This document shows, piece after piece, positions 6,381 to 15,530 of a DNA stretch of 26,923 nucleotides (positions are counted from its first letter, which is position 1; the number at the start of each line of letters is the position of its first letter). Source of the DNA: Syntrophobacterales bacterium (lineage in GTDB: Bacteria; Desulfobacterota; Syntrophobacteria; BM002); NCBI GenBank assembly GCA_030601545.1, contig JAUVTM010000001.1, forward strand, positions 1-26,923, written 5' to 3'. The notes under the pieces were generated by a model. It was given only the letters and a program-made list of their open reading frames with translations, had not been told where the DNA came from and ran no database searches. A program made the position numbers and the translations under genes.

Positions 6381-7605
6381 ACACTATGTCACTAAACCAT
6401 TTCCGCATCCGATCGACCAAGCGGTTGAAAATGTTGTTTTGACGGATGCGGAACAATTTTCTGGGTGCGGCGTTGGCACCGTAAAGGACCAACCCCACTC
6501 CAGTGGCGTACATGGGGTTTTTGACCACATCTGCCAGGCCACCGATGTCAGTGGGTAGGCCAGTGCGAACAGGCAGGTTGAAGACCTGCTCGGCCAACTC
6601 CGCAAGCCCCGGTAGCAAAGAGGAACCCCCGGTAATTACCAGACCGGAAGCCACAAGGTCCGAATAGCCGGATCGAAGTAATTCCCGTTGCAGCAACGAA
6701 CAGATTTCCTCCACTCGTGGCTCCAAAATCTCACCCAATATGTTTCTGCTGAGCACCTTTGCCTTGCCACCTCCAACACTCGGCACCTGGATAGTCTCGT
6801 CCTTTTGAATCATGGCAGTGAGAGCACAGCCGTAGCGCAGTTTGATTTTTTCTGCCTCTTCCACTGGGGTTCTCAATCCCACGGCAATGTCGTTGGTAAG
6901 ATTATTGCCACCCAGGGAGAGAACCGAGCTATGTCGTATGCTGTGTTCTGAAAAGATGGCCAGATCCGAAGTGCCTCCACCAAAATCCACCAGGGCCACG
7001 CCCAACCTACGCTCTTGGGGGTTCAGTACCGCTTCTGCTGAGGCGAGGGACTCCAAAACAATGTCACAGACGTCAAGGCCGGCACGTTGGCAGCATTTGA
7101 CGATATTCTGGGCTGAGGTAACAGCACCGGTGACGATGTGAACCTTGGCCTCCAAGCGCACGCCTGACATGCCCAGAGGGTTTTGAATACCGCCCTGGTC
7201 GTCGATCAAATATTCTTGCGGCAGAATATGAATAACTTCTCGATCAAAGGGTATTGCCACTGCTTTGGCAGCATCGATTACCCGGTCAATGTCTTGCTGG
7301 CTTACTTCACGGGTCTTCACGGCGATTACACCATGGCTGTTGACGCCCTCGATATGTCCACCGGCAATACCGACGTAAACCGCATTGATTTCACAGCCCG
7401 CCATTAACTCGGCCTCTTCCACTGCTCGTTTAATTGAATTCACCGTGCTTTCAATGTTGACCACTACACCCTTGCGCAAGCCGTCAGAAGGATGGGTGCC
7501 AATTCCCACAATATCTATTCCTTCAGGGGTAGCCTCACCAACCACGGCACAAATTTTGGTGGTGCCAACGTCAAGTCCCACAATCAATGAATCCTTTTTG
7601 GCCAT
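6379..7605 (-). CDS. ftsA: Cell division protein FtsA
   Basis: IVGLDVGTTKI, GMSGVRLEAKVHIVTG, VDFGGGTSD, ITGGSS actin-fold motifs. Confidence 0.99.
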   Translation of the reverse strand: MAKKDSLIVGLDVGTTKICAVVGEATPEGIDIVGIGTHPSDGLRKGVVVNIESTVNSIKRAVEEAELMAGCEINAVYVGIAGGHIEGVNSHGVIAVKTREVSQQDIDRVIDAAKAVAIPFDREVIHILPQEYLIDDQGGIQNPLGMSGVRLEAKVHIVTGAVTSAQNIVKCCQRAGLDVCDIVLESLASAEAVLNPQERRLGVALVDFGGGTSDLAIFSEHSIRHSSVLSLGGNNLTNDIAVGLRTPVEEAEKIKLRYGCALTAMIQKDETIQVPSVGGGKAKVLSRNILGEILEPRVEEICSLLQRELLRSGYSDLVASGLVITGGSSLLPGLAELAEQVFNLPVRTGLPTDIGGLADVVKNPMYATGVGLVLYGANAAPRKLFRIRQNNIFNRLVDRMRKWFSDIV

Positions 7606-7607
7606 GT

Positions 7608-8504
7608 TTAAACCCCCTTTTGTTGAGATCGGTTTTGCTTGGGAATCTTGAAACGTCCTCTGACAAAGACCCGATTTCCGTGGCTGAGATCAATCCCCCT
7701 TAACTGGGTCTGAAGTCCTTTTTTCTCCAGATAGCGCAACACCTTTTCAAGCTTGGCTATCCTGATGCCATAGTCTTCGCTGCCGAGGTCGACCTGAATT
7801 CCACCTCGGGCGGTAAAAAAGCTGAGCCCTGCATTCCTGTTCCACCTGATCTCAGAGATGAGTCGCCAGGGTAATTTCAACTGAGTCTCTCGATAGAGAT
7901 TCTCAAGGAGAACGGTAAACTCTCGAGGCAGGTTGCAGCCGGAGCCGAGGGTTCCAGGGTCAAGTCCTGTAATAATAGGCAAACCGGCATATTCGCTCGG
8001 CGCGGCCTGGGCGAAACAAGTGCCCTGCTGGTCTACCAGGTAGAACTGATGCCCCTTGACCAGGGCCACCGGCTTACGTTCCTCAATCTCTATACGAATC
8101 CGATCTGGGATCTCGCGGCTAACAGCGGCGGCCGCTATCCAGGGATGTTGTGTGAGCCTATTTCTTACCTCGTCTAGATCCAGGGAAAGAATGTTGACCC
8201 CAGATGGGATCTCGGCTTGTTGAATGACAGCTTGAGGGTCCAGCTGCTGACAGCCATTCACCTGGATCCGGGTGACCTGCAGTAGCGGTGAAGTGAGTAG
8301 AGCACGGTAGCCAACAAGGCACAGAGCACTCAAGGCAACAAAAACAAGAAGGACAAGAAATATTTTAGCAACCAGGCGCAATCGTCGGTACAACTGCAGA
8401 CGTTTGTTCCGGTAGCTATTCTTCTTGCTCTTTACCTTTATGGCTTCAAATGGCAGCGAAATTTGCATACGGCCCCGACAATCAGGTGTTATGGTTATTG
8501 CCAA
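7608..8504 (-). CDS. ftsQ: Cell division protein FtsQ/DivIB
   Basis: Basic N terminus, one TM segment, POTRA-like region (IQVNGC...HPWI..A.VSREIPDRIRIEIEERKP), C-terminal IDL. Lies between murB and ftsA; start uncertain (possibly 8468). Confidence 0.92.
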   Translation of the reverse strand: MAITITPDCRGRMQISLPFEAIKVKSKKNSYRNKRLQLYRRLRLVAKIFLVLLVFVALSALCLVGYRALLTSPLLQVTRIQVNGCQQLDPQAVIQQAEIPSGVNILSLDLDEVRNRLTQHPWIAAAAVSREIPDRIRIEIEERKPVALVKGHQFYLVDQQGTCFAQAAPSEYAGLPIITGLDPGTLGSGCNLPREFTVLLENLYRETQLKLPWRLISEIRWNRNAGLSFFTARGGIQVDLGSEDYGIRIAKLEKVLRYLEKKGLQTQLRGIDLSHGNRVFVRGRFKIPKQNRSQQKGV

Positions 8505-9402
8505 CGACTTCGATTTCCAGTTCTAGTTGGACGCCAAATTCTTGCGCCACCTTTTCCTGGGCGAGTTGAATGAGAGCCAGGATATCGCTGGCCCGTGCCT
8601 GGCCCCGGTTTACGATGAAATTGGCGTGCTTTGTAGAAATTTGGGCATCGCCAACGCGTATACCTTTTAAACCTGCGGCCTCAATAAGCCGACCGGCAAA
8701 GTCCCCTGGGGGATTCTTGAACACCGAGCCAGCTGAGGGAAGGCGCCATGGCTGTTTCTCCTTTCGAGTATTAAGCAAGGCGCGAATCTTGTCTCGAATG
8801 TGCTCTCGAGAGCTTGGGGTAAGTGAGAACTCAGCTTCAAGAACCACAGAGTTTGGCGGCAGTTCTAGGCTGCGGTACGAAAAGCGGAGTTGGGATCCGG
8901 ATAGCCTGCTCAGGGCGCCGTCAGCAAGAAGAAGGAGCACCGCTTCACAAACATCAGCCATTTCTCCGGCGTGAGTACTAGCATTCATTCGCAGAGCACC
9001 CCCCACCGAGCCGGGTATGCCGGCAATAAACTCGAGGCCGCTGAGAGCTTCTTTCAGGCAGAAGCGAAGAAGCCTGTTGAGACGCATTCCCGCACCTACT
9101 TTCACTCTTCCCGCGGAATCCATGTGCTCTATTTGAGAAAAGCCGTTCTCCAGGTTGATAGCCGCAGCCCGGCTGCCACCATCCCGCACCAGAAGATTGG
9201 TTCCACGCCCAAGAATGAAGTAGGGATGATGATTTTTGTTCAGCACCTGGACGGCGGTTTGCAGCCCTGCCAGATTAAGAGGACGGAGGAGGCAGGACAC
9301 CGGCCCCCCCACGCGCAGCGAGGTGTGTCCTGTCAGCATCACATTCCAGTCGACTTCAACTCCGTCCAGGTGCTGAAGCTGTTTTTTCAATTTAGGATCC
9401 AT
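8482..9402 (-). CDS. murB: UDP-N-acetylenolpyruvoylglucosamine reductase
   Basis: HTSLRVGG, LGRGTNLLVRD, GLEFIAGIPGSVGG, PSAGSVFKNP, HANFIVN, LELEIEVVG. The ORF extends to 9429, but those extra codons are heptamer repeat. Confidence 0.97.
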   Translation of the reverse strand: MDPKLKKQLQHLDGVEVDWNVMLTGHTSLRVGGPVSCLLRPLNLAGLQTAVQVLNKNHHPYFILGRGTNLLVRDGGSRAAAINLENGFSQIEHMDSAGRVKVGAGMRLNRLLRFCLKEALSGLEFIAGIPGSVGGALRMNASTHAGEMADVCEAVLLLLADGALSRLSGSQLRFSYRSLELPPNSVVLEAEFSLTPSSREHIRDKIRALLNTRKEKQPWRLPSAGSVFKNPPGDFAGRLIEAAGLKGIRVGDAQISTKHANFIVNRGQARASDILALIQLAQEKVAQEFGVQLELEIEVVGNNHNT

Positions 9403-9433
9403 TATCATTTCACATTTATCATTAGTCATTTGC
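9400..9433. repeat. Heptamer tandem repeat over the murB start
   Basis: cattat catttca catttat cattagt catttgc. Confidence 0.6.
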
Positions 9434-9450
9434 TGTCTAGTGGCCAGTCA

Positions 9451-9535
9451 TCGTAGGGCGGGTCTCCGGACCCGCCAGAAACGTATCTCAAGCTACGTTA
9501 TCCTCTTTCGGCCGGTACGGAGACCGGCCCTACGA
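9451..9535. repeat. Inverted pair of GTAG-type REP palindromes (REPIN/BIME-like)
   Basis: tc-GTAG-GGCGGGTC-tccg-GACCCGCC (9451-9476) and, on the opposite strand, tc-GTAG-GGCCGGT-ctccgt-ACCGGCC (9510-9535). Confidence 0.8.
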
Positions 9536-9570
9536 ATGAAGGAGAAGCGTAATGACCTAAGCATTTTTCT

Positions 9571-9605
9571 CGTTCACCCTTGACCGTTTACCTGTTATCG
9601 GTTCC
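9571..9605. repeat. Heptamer tandem repeat over the murC stop
   Basis: cgttcac ccttgac cgtttac ctgttat cggttcc. Confidence 0.55.
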
Positions 9606-10980
9606 TTTCCTTTAATCGTTTGAGCAACTCCTCGCCTGTTTGCCAAATGTTACCTGCTCCAAGGGTCAACACAACATCTCCCTCCCGCACTTCCTCCACG
9701 AGAGACGGCACCAGGGCCAGGTGATCTGGGATGTACCTGACATTGCCATGTCCATGTTCTCGAATGGCAGTTGTCAGCTTTTCTGCATGCACTCCTGGAA
9801 TAACCGGTTCACTGGCAGCATAAATCTCGGTGACAATGAGAACGTCCGATTGATAAAAGGCAGTGGTGAAATCCTCGAACAGGGCTTTTGTGCGGGTGTA
9901 GCGGTGAGGCTGGAAAAGCACAAAGCGGCGCCGCCCCGGAAATGATAAGGCCATTGTTTTCAGCACTGCCTTTATCTCGGTGGGATGATGGCCGTAGTCA
10001 TCGATTACGGTAACGCCATTGACGTCACCTTTGATTTCAAAACGGCGCTGCACCCCGGTCATTTCCTGTAGACCGCGGCAAATAGCGGAGAAGGGAATTT
10101 CCAGTTCGTGGCCGACCGCCACAGCCGCCAGGGAATTCAGGGCATTGTGCCGCCCTGGGATGGGCAAATTGACCTTTCCCAATTCCTGACCGCGATAGAA
10201 AGCGCGGTAGGAAACATTCAGTCCATCAAAGGCAAGGTCACGGGCTTGGAAATCAGCCTGCGCTGAGAAACCATAGGTGACCAGCCGCTTCTTGATCCGA
10301 GGCAAGAGGGACTGAATATTTTCATCCTCGAGACAAAGGATATTGAGTCCATAAAATGGGACCTGGTTGATGAATTCGAGAAAAGTCTCTTTGATCGCAT
10401 CCAGGTCTTTATAGAAATCGAGATGTTCAGTGTCGATGTTTGTTACCAGCGAGATGGTGGGAGAATACAGAAGAAAGGTGCCGTCGCTTTCATCCGCTTC
10501 CGCCACCACAAAGTCGCCCTGGCCAAGCTTGGCATTGGTTCCCCAGGCATTCAGACGACCACCAATGATCACGGTGGGATCTAGACCGCCCTCTGCCATC
10601 ACCGTACCCACCATGGAGGTAGTGGTCGTCTTGCCGTGAGCTCCTGCAATCAAAATGGCGTACTTGAGTCGCATGAGCTCGGCCAGCATCTCGGCCCGAC
10701 GAATAACTGGTATGTGGTAGTCCATGTTGGCCGCAGCCACCTCAGGGTTGTCAGAATCAATGGCAGAGGAAACCACCACAGCGTCAGCACCGGCTACCTG
10801 CTGGGGCTGATGGCTGTAGGAGATCGTTGCCCCTAATGTTTCAAGCCGACGGGTAATTTCGCTCTCCTGGATATCGGAGCCACTGACCTGGTGGCCGAGG
10901 TTGAGAAGCAGTTCAGCAATACCGCTCATACCGATGCCACCGATGCCAACGAAGTGAATATGATAAGAACGTTTGTACAT
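9595..10980 (-). CDS. murC: UDP-N-acetylmuramate--L-alanine ligase
   Basis: HFVGIGGIGMSGIA, GAHGKTTTT, EADESDG, DDYGHHPTEI, FQPHRYTRT. Confidence 0.99.
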   Translation of the reverse strand: MYKRSYHIHFVGIGGIGMSGIAELLLNLGHQVSGSDIQESEITRRLETLGATISYSHQPQQVAGADAVVVSSAIDSDNPEVAAANMDYHIPVIRRAEMLAELMRLKYAILIAGAHGKTTTTSMVGTVMAEGGLDPTVIIGGRLNAWGTNAKLGQGDFVVAEADESDGTFLLYSPTISLVTNIDTEHLDFYKDLDAIKETFLEFINQVPFYGLNILCLEDENIQSLLPRIKKRLVTYGFSAQADFQARDLAFDGLNVSYRAFYRGQELGKVNLPIPGRHNALNSLAAVAVGHELEIPFSAICRGLQEMTGVQRRFEIKGDVNGVTVIDDYGHHPTEIKAVLKTMALSFPGRRRFVLFQPHRYTRTKALFEDFTTAFYQSDVLIVTEIYAASEPVIPGVHAEKLTTAIREHGHGNVRYIPDHLALVPSLVEEVREGDVVLTLGAGNIWQTGEELLKRLKERNR

Positions 10981-11054
10981 TTTTCAGTTTAGCCAGCTAA
11001 GAAAGTCATCATAAAATCTATTCTTGACAGTGTTTTTTCAAAGTTTTAGACAAT

Positions 11055-12251
11055 TTAGGCATTTCTTTTGCTCCGCCTCCCTCTGGTCTGCGGATTCAGC
11101 CAGTTCCCCGTGTACCAGCCCCGGGACTGCTCCTTGGCGTAGCTACTTATATTCATGAGAATTCCCATGGCTGCCAGGTTGGTGAGCAGAGAACTGCCGC
11201 CGTAGCTTATGAAGGGTAGCGGCAGTCCTTTGGTGGGCAGCAGCCCCATGACCACCGCACTGTTAATGAGTGCTTGGAGCCCGATTACCAGAGTCAGGCC
11301 GAAAGCCAGGTAGGTGCCGTAGCGGTCGGGTGCTCGCAGGGCGATTTGCACCCCCTTGTAGATCAACAGACCGTAGAGGAGGAGGACAATGGCAATGCCC
11401 ACCATCCCGGTTTCTTCGCCAATTACCGCCAGAATAAAGTCCGTATGTGGTTCTGGCAGATAGAAAAGCTTTTGCTGGCCGGAACCCAGACCAACTCCTA
11501 ACGGACCACCTGAGCCGAGAGCCAGTAATGAGTGAAGGAGCTGGAAACTGGTATCGCTTGGATCTCGCCACGGGTTGACAAAAGCCAATAGCCTTTCCAA
11601 GCGGTAACTTGACTGGGCTATGGCCAAAGCCAGAAGGGGAATGAGGGCCAGGCCTGTGGCCAATAGAAAGCGCAAACGTACGCCGGCGACGAAGAGCAAG
11701 AGAAAAACCAGGGCCGCAAAGGTTACTGCAGTTCCCAAATCAGGTTGCATAAGCACCAGGCCAATAAAGACTGCTGAAACCAGAAGGTGTGGTACATACC
11801 CCACACTGAACTCTTGGATCCGGTCCTTCTTTTTGGCCAGGGAGTAGGAAATGTAGATGATGAGTGTCAATTTGGCAAATTCTGCAGGTTGCACAGAGAG
11901 AGGGCCCAGCCGCAACCAACGCCTGGCACCCCCAACCCGATGGCCCACCTGGGGCAAGAGCACAATAAGAAGACTCAACAGGCTCACCCCAAGGATCACA
12001 TAGACAAGACGGCGATACACAACATAGGGCAAATTCTTGCTTACGATCAGGACGGCAACCCCAATCAAGGAAAAAAGGATCTGCCTCTTGACAAAGTACA
12101 TGCTGTCACCAAAACGCTGCTGGGCAATGATGGAACTCGAACTGTAAAGCATCACAAGTCCAATACCCATCAGAGCAAAAGTAACGAACAGGAGGACTAG
12201 ATCGTAGCTGTTCTTATGTTCCCTTAAATGAGCCATCGTGCTATTTACCAT
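11055..12251 (-). CDS. ftsW: SEDS peptidoglycan glycosyltransferase FtsW
   Basis: Multi-TM. GARRWL..G...QPAEFAK, QPDLGT, YLPEPHTDFI, GLPLPFISYGGSS. Start may be 12236. Confidence 0.97.
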   Translation of the reverse strand: MVNSTMAHLREHKNSYDLVLLFVTFALMGIGLVMLYSSSSIIAQQRFGDSMYFVKRQILFSLIGVAVLIVSKNLPYVVYRRLVYVILGVSLLSLLIVLLPQVGHRVGGARRWLRLGPLSVQPAEFAKLTLIIYISYSLAKKKDRIQEFSVGYVPHLLVSAVFIGLVLMQPDLGTAVTFAALVFLLLFVAGVRLRFLLATGLALIPLLALAIAQSSYRLERLLAFVNPWRDPSDTSFQLLHSLLALGSGGPLGVGLGSGQQKLFYLPEPHTDFILAVIGEETGMVGIAIVLLLYGLLIYKGVQIALRAPDRYGTYLAFGLTLVIGLQALINSAVVMGLLPTKGLPLPFISYGGSSLLTNLAAMGILMNISSYAKEQSRGWYTGNWLNPQTRGRRSKRNA

Positions 12252-12300
12252 TTCGCATAACGCATAGCGAGAAATACAGGGAATCTTGACATTGACAGTT

Positions 12301-12335
12301 TTACGCTTTGCGCTCTGCCCTTAGCGCTTTGCTGC
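12301..12335. repeat. Heptamer tandem repeat just downstream of murD
   Basis: ttacgct ttgcgct ctgccct tagcgct ttgctgc; a loosely complementary cgcataa cgcatag lies at 12254-12267. Confidence 0.5.
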
Positions 12336-12342
12336 TTCGCCT

Positions 12343-13770
12343 TCAATTGTGGGCGTTGAGCTTTCTTTTGCTCCTGCCCGCAGAGGTCCAGGGACAACTA
12401 GTCTTTTCATCAACCACTTCCATAGCGGTGCATTTATGGACCAGAGAACGAAAGTGGTCGCCCCTGGCCTTATAGTTCTCATAGTGGTCAAAACTCGAAC
12501 ATGCGGGAGAGAGCAAGACCACGTCGCCTGGCGCAGCAGCGCCCAGGGCTACCGGGACCGCAGCTTCCATGTCGTCCACCACCACCGTGCAAGTGAGATT
12601 ACCCAAAGCCTTGGCCAATCGAAATCGAGCTTCTCCCATAAGCACGAGCATTTTTACGCGTTGGCGAACCAAACCAGTAAGAGGATCGTAGGAGCCTTCT
12701 TTGTCGCGCCCCCCAGCAAGGAGAATAATGGGCGCAGTGAAGGTTTCAAGGGATCGGACCACTGAATCCACATTGGTGGCTTTGGAGTCATTATAGAAGC
12801 GGATGCCGCGCCAGTGATGAGCCAGTTCCAGGCGGTGCGGCAGCGGTTTGAAATTGTCGATAGTCTTCTGAATGGCCTCAGGTTCGGCCCCCATGTTGGT
12901 GGCAGCAAGTACCGCAGCCATAAGATTCTGCTGGTTATGATTGCCCACGAGTTGCCAGCGACGCAGGTCATAGCGACGCACCGGGCCAGGCATTACCCGA
13001 CAGACCAGCTGCTCTGAATCCAGATAGGCGTGGGCTGATTGCTTGGACAGGCTAAAGTTGAGTTGGCGACTGCGGATGGTACAACGCACCCCGATCAGGG
13101 GGTCACGGGCGGGGACCACCGCAATATCGTCCACTGTTTGATTGGAAAAGAGTCGGCATTTGCTTTCCACATAGTCAGAAAAAGAACCATAACGATCTAG
13201 GTGATCTTCGCTGATGTTCAGGAGCACTGCAACCTGGGGGTGAAAGGTATCCATGGAATCAAGCTGGAAGCTGCTCACTTCAACCACTGCTATTTCAAAA
13301 TCTTCTTTTGCTCGAAGTAGATTGACGAGAGGATTGCCGATGTTGCCTCCCACGAAGACGCGCTGGCCGCTGTGGTTGATCATGTCACCCACCAGTGCTG
13401 TCGTGGTGGTTTTGCCATTGGTGCCACTTATGGCTACAATAGGAAGCTTGAGAAAGCGACTCGCCAGTTCCAGTTCACCGACAATCGGAACGGACTTGCT
13501 TTTGGCCTCTTGCAACTGCGGTAAGTTCAGAGGAACACCAGGACTGACAACGATGAGATCCGCATCGGTGAATAGTTCCGCGGGATGGCCTCCCAACGCC
13601 AATAAGCATTCCAGCCCCCGGGCAGAGTCCGCCTCAGAGCCCAAGTCTTCAGCTGGGAGATGGTCGGTAATGGTAACGCGAGCTCCTTGGTTCAGAAGGA
13701 ACTCGGCAACGGCCAGACCCGTGCGAGCCAGCCCGACAACCAGTACGTTTTTATCTTTGAGGTCTTTCAT
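12343..13770 (-). CDS. murD: UDP-N-acetylmuramoyl-L-alanine--D-glutamate ligase
   Basis: VVGLARTG, GTNGKTTTT, VGGNIG, VEVSSFQL, NDSKATN, LLSPACSSFD. Confidence 0.99.
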   Translation of the reverse strand: MKDLKDKNVLVVGLARTGLAVAEFLLNQGARVTITDHLPAEDLGSEADSARGLECLLALGGHPAELFTDADLIVVSPGVPLNLPQLQEAKSKSVPIVGELELASRFLKLPIVAISGTNGKTTTTALVGDMINHSGQRVFVGGNIGNPLVNLLRAKEDFEIAVVEVSSFQLDSMDTFHPQVAVLLNISEDHLDRYGSFSDYVESKCRLFSNQTVDDIAVVPARDPLIGVRCTIRSRQLNFSLSKQSAHAYLDSEQLVCRVMPGPVRRYDLRRWQLVGNHNQQNLMAAVLAATNMGAEPEAIQKTIDNFKPLPHRLELAHHWRGIRFYNDSKATNVDSVVRSLETFTAPIILLAGGRDKEGSYDPLTGLVRQRVKMLVLMGEARFRLAKALGNLTCTVVVDDMEAAVPVALGAAAPGDVVLLSPACSSFDHYENYKARGDHFRSLVHKCTAMEVVDEKTSCPWTSAGRSKRKLNAHN

Positions 13771-13810
13771 GAGTGCTCTTCTAGTTTGTTTCCATCCGGA
13801 AACTCCTCCA

Positions 13811-13890
13811 TGTCATTCTGAGCGAAGCGAAGAATCTCTGCGGATCCAGCAACTATGAGATTCTTCGTCGCCTTGCTCCTCAGAATGACA
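13811..13890. repeat. 80-bp REP-like palindromic element at the position where mraY normally lies
   Basis: TGTCATTCTGAG..CGAAGAATCTC ... GAGATTCTTCG..CTCAGAATGACA, with 12-bp and 11-bp complementary arms. Confidence 0.8.
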
Positions 13891-13933
13891 CCCATAAACG
13901 CGGTTTCCAGTTGGTCACCAGTTAGCAAAAATC

Positions 13934-13970
13934 TTAGACATTTTAGGCACTTTAGCTCACTTCAGACATT
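13934..13970. repeat. 9-10-mer tandem repeat over the murF stop
   Basis: ttagacatt ttaggcact ttagctcact tcagacatt. Confidence 0.6.
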
Positions 13971-15395
13971 TACCTTTTGTTTCTCAAACTCAGATAGAAG
14001 AATCTCAACTACCTTTTCCATCCGCATGCCCCGCGAACCCTTCACCAGCAACCAGTCACCGGCAGCCAGCAAGCTGCTGACCTGCGTTGCCATTTCCTGG
14101 TGATCACTGGCCTGGGTCATACGGTCGCTACTCATTCCAGCCTCAGCAGCACCGGCGAGCAGATGAGAGGCTTGTTCACCCATGGCCAAAAGGTGATCAA
14201 CCCCTTCCCTGGCCACGATGACGCCCACCTGCCGGTGAAGGGCCGAGCTATCCTCTCCCAACTCCAGCATGTCGCCCAGAACGGCGAAAGTTTTGCCTTG
14301 CTTCTTAACGTGTATCAATGTTTCCAAAGCGGCGGCCATGGAACCGGGATTGGCATTGTAACTGTCATTTATTATGTGGATGTCGCCAGGAAGAGTGAGT
14401 ATTTCCATTCGTTTGTCAACAGGACGAAACTCTGCCAGGGCAGCGGCAATGGTGCTTGATTGAAGATTCAAAGCCCAGGCAACAGCCGCGGCTGCTACCG
14501 CATTATTGATGTGGTGGCGGCCAAGCACCGGCAGGTGAATCTCAAGGGTTTCCTCCTCCAGTTTCAGGAGAAAACGGCTGCCATCAAGGTCCATAGAGAC
14601 GACCCGCTCCAAGGTTATGTCGGCAGAACCGCCTGCCGTTGAGAATCTCACCTGACGGCCAGCGAAAGGGGAGGCCACATCCATGACCCTGGGATCATCC
14701 AGATTGACCACTATGGTTGCGGTCTCTTCCATACCAGCGAAAAGCTCCCCTTTGGCGGCCTGAATCCCCGCCAGACTTCCCAACCCCTCCAGATGGGCCG
14801 GCTGGATATTGGTAATCATTCCCACCTCTGGGCGGGTTATTTCGGTCAAGCGCCCGATTTCTCCTGGTTGATTCATTCCCAGCTCTATCACCGCTGCCTG
14901 ATGGCTGCTGTTTAGTTGCAACAAGGTGAGTGGCACACCCACCAGGTTGTTGAAGGTTCCATGATTCTTGAGAACCTTCCAAGATCGGCTAAAGATAGCC
15001 GCAACCATCTCTTTGGTGGTGGTCTTACCATTGGAGCCAGTAATCGCCACCAGCGGGATGGGATAGCGCCGGCGCCAGAACTCAGCCAGGTCCCCGAAAG
15101 CACGGAGAGTATCAGGAACACCCACTACAGGGATCTGCAAGTCCTGAAGACCACTCGTTTCTTGCTCCTCCAAGGCCACAACCACACCAGCGGCACCACG
15201 GCTTACGGCCTGCTCGAGAAACTGATGACCGTCAAATTGTTCCCCCTTCAGGGCTACAAACAGGTCACCTCGATCCAGGATGCGACTGTCGGTGGAGATT
15301 TCGCTGAAACTTTGCTCTTCACCCTGCACCAGAAGCTGACCTCCGGTGGCCTCTAGCACTGCCGCTAAAGTCCATTTGTTTTGCTCATCAGTCAT
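13962..15395 (-). CDS. murF: UDP-N-acetylmuramoyl-tripeptide--D-alanyl-D-alanine ligase
   Basis: ISTDSR, ITGSNGKTTTKE, GTFNNLVGVPLT, IELGMNQPGEI, INDSYNANP, LGDMLELG, LVKGSRG. Confidence 0.99.
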   Translation of the reverse strand: MTDEQNKWTLAAVLEATGGQLLVQGEEQSFSEISTDSRILDRGDLFVALKGEQFDGHQFLEQAVSRGAAGVVVALEEQETSGLQDLQIPVVGVPDTLRAFGDLAEFWRRRYPIPLVAITGSNGKTTTKEMVAAIFSRSWKVLKNHGTFNNLVGVPLTLLQLNSSHQAAVIELGMNQPGEIGRLTEITRPEVGMITNIQPAHLEGLGSLAGIQAAKGELFAGMEETATIVVNLDDPRVMDVASPFAGRQVRFSTAGGSADITLERVVSMDLDGSRFLLKLEEETLEIHLPVLGRHHINNAVAAAAVAWALNLQSSTIAAALAEFRPVDKRMEILTLPGDIHIINDSYNANPGSMAAALETLIHVKKQGKTFAVLGDMLELGEDSSALHRQVGVIVAREGVDHLLAMGEQASHLLAGAAEAGMSSDRMTQASDHQEMATQVSSLLAAGDWLLVKGSRGMRMEKVVEILLSEFEKQKVNV

Positions 15396-15404
15396 TTTTC
15401 ATCT

Positions 15405-15497
15405 CACATTTCTCATTTCTCATATTAATGAGATGCCTTCATGATTCTTCCCACTCAATGGGCAATGATAATTGCGCAATGAGAGATGAGAAATGTG
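15405..15497. repeat. 93-bp element bounded by 19-bp inverted repeats built from heptamers
   Basis: cacatttctcatttctcat (15405-15423) and atgagagatgagaaatgtg (15479-15497) are 18/19 complementary. Confidence 0.75.
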
Positions 15498-15530
15498 CCC
15501 GCTGCCTACTGCCCGCTGCCTGCTGCTTCC
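15496..15530. repeat. Heptamer tandem repeat over the murE stop
   Basis: tgcccgc tgcctac tgcccgc tgcctgc tgcttcc; encodes the MurE tail EAAGSGQ and the TAG stop. Confidence 0.7.

Noticed and set aside
7608-9402. Absence of ddl between murB and ftsQ as a major anomaly
   Set aside because: ddl is frequently located outside the dcw cluster, so this is much weaker than the loss of mraY and murG.
9403-9429. N-terminal extension MTNDKCEMI of MurB
   Set aside because: It is simply the translation of the heptamer repeat and is unlikely to be real protein sequence.
13771-13961. mraY pseudogene remnant or small ORF in the murF-murD gap
   Set aside because: No hydrophobic or MraY-like sequence in the frames I read; the only ORF of about 40 codons runs through the REP palindrome.
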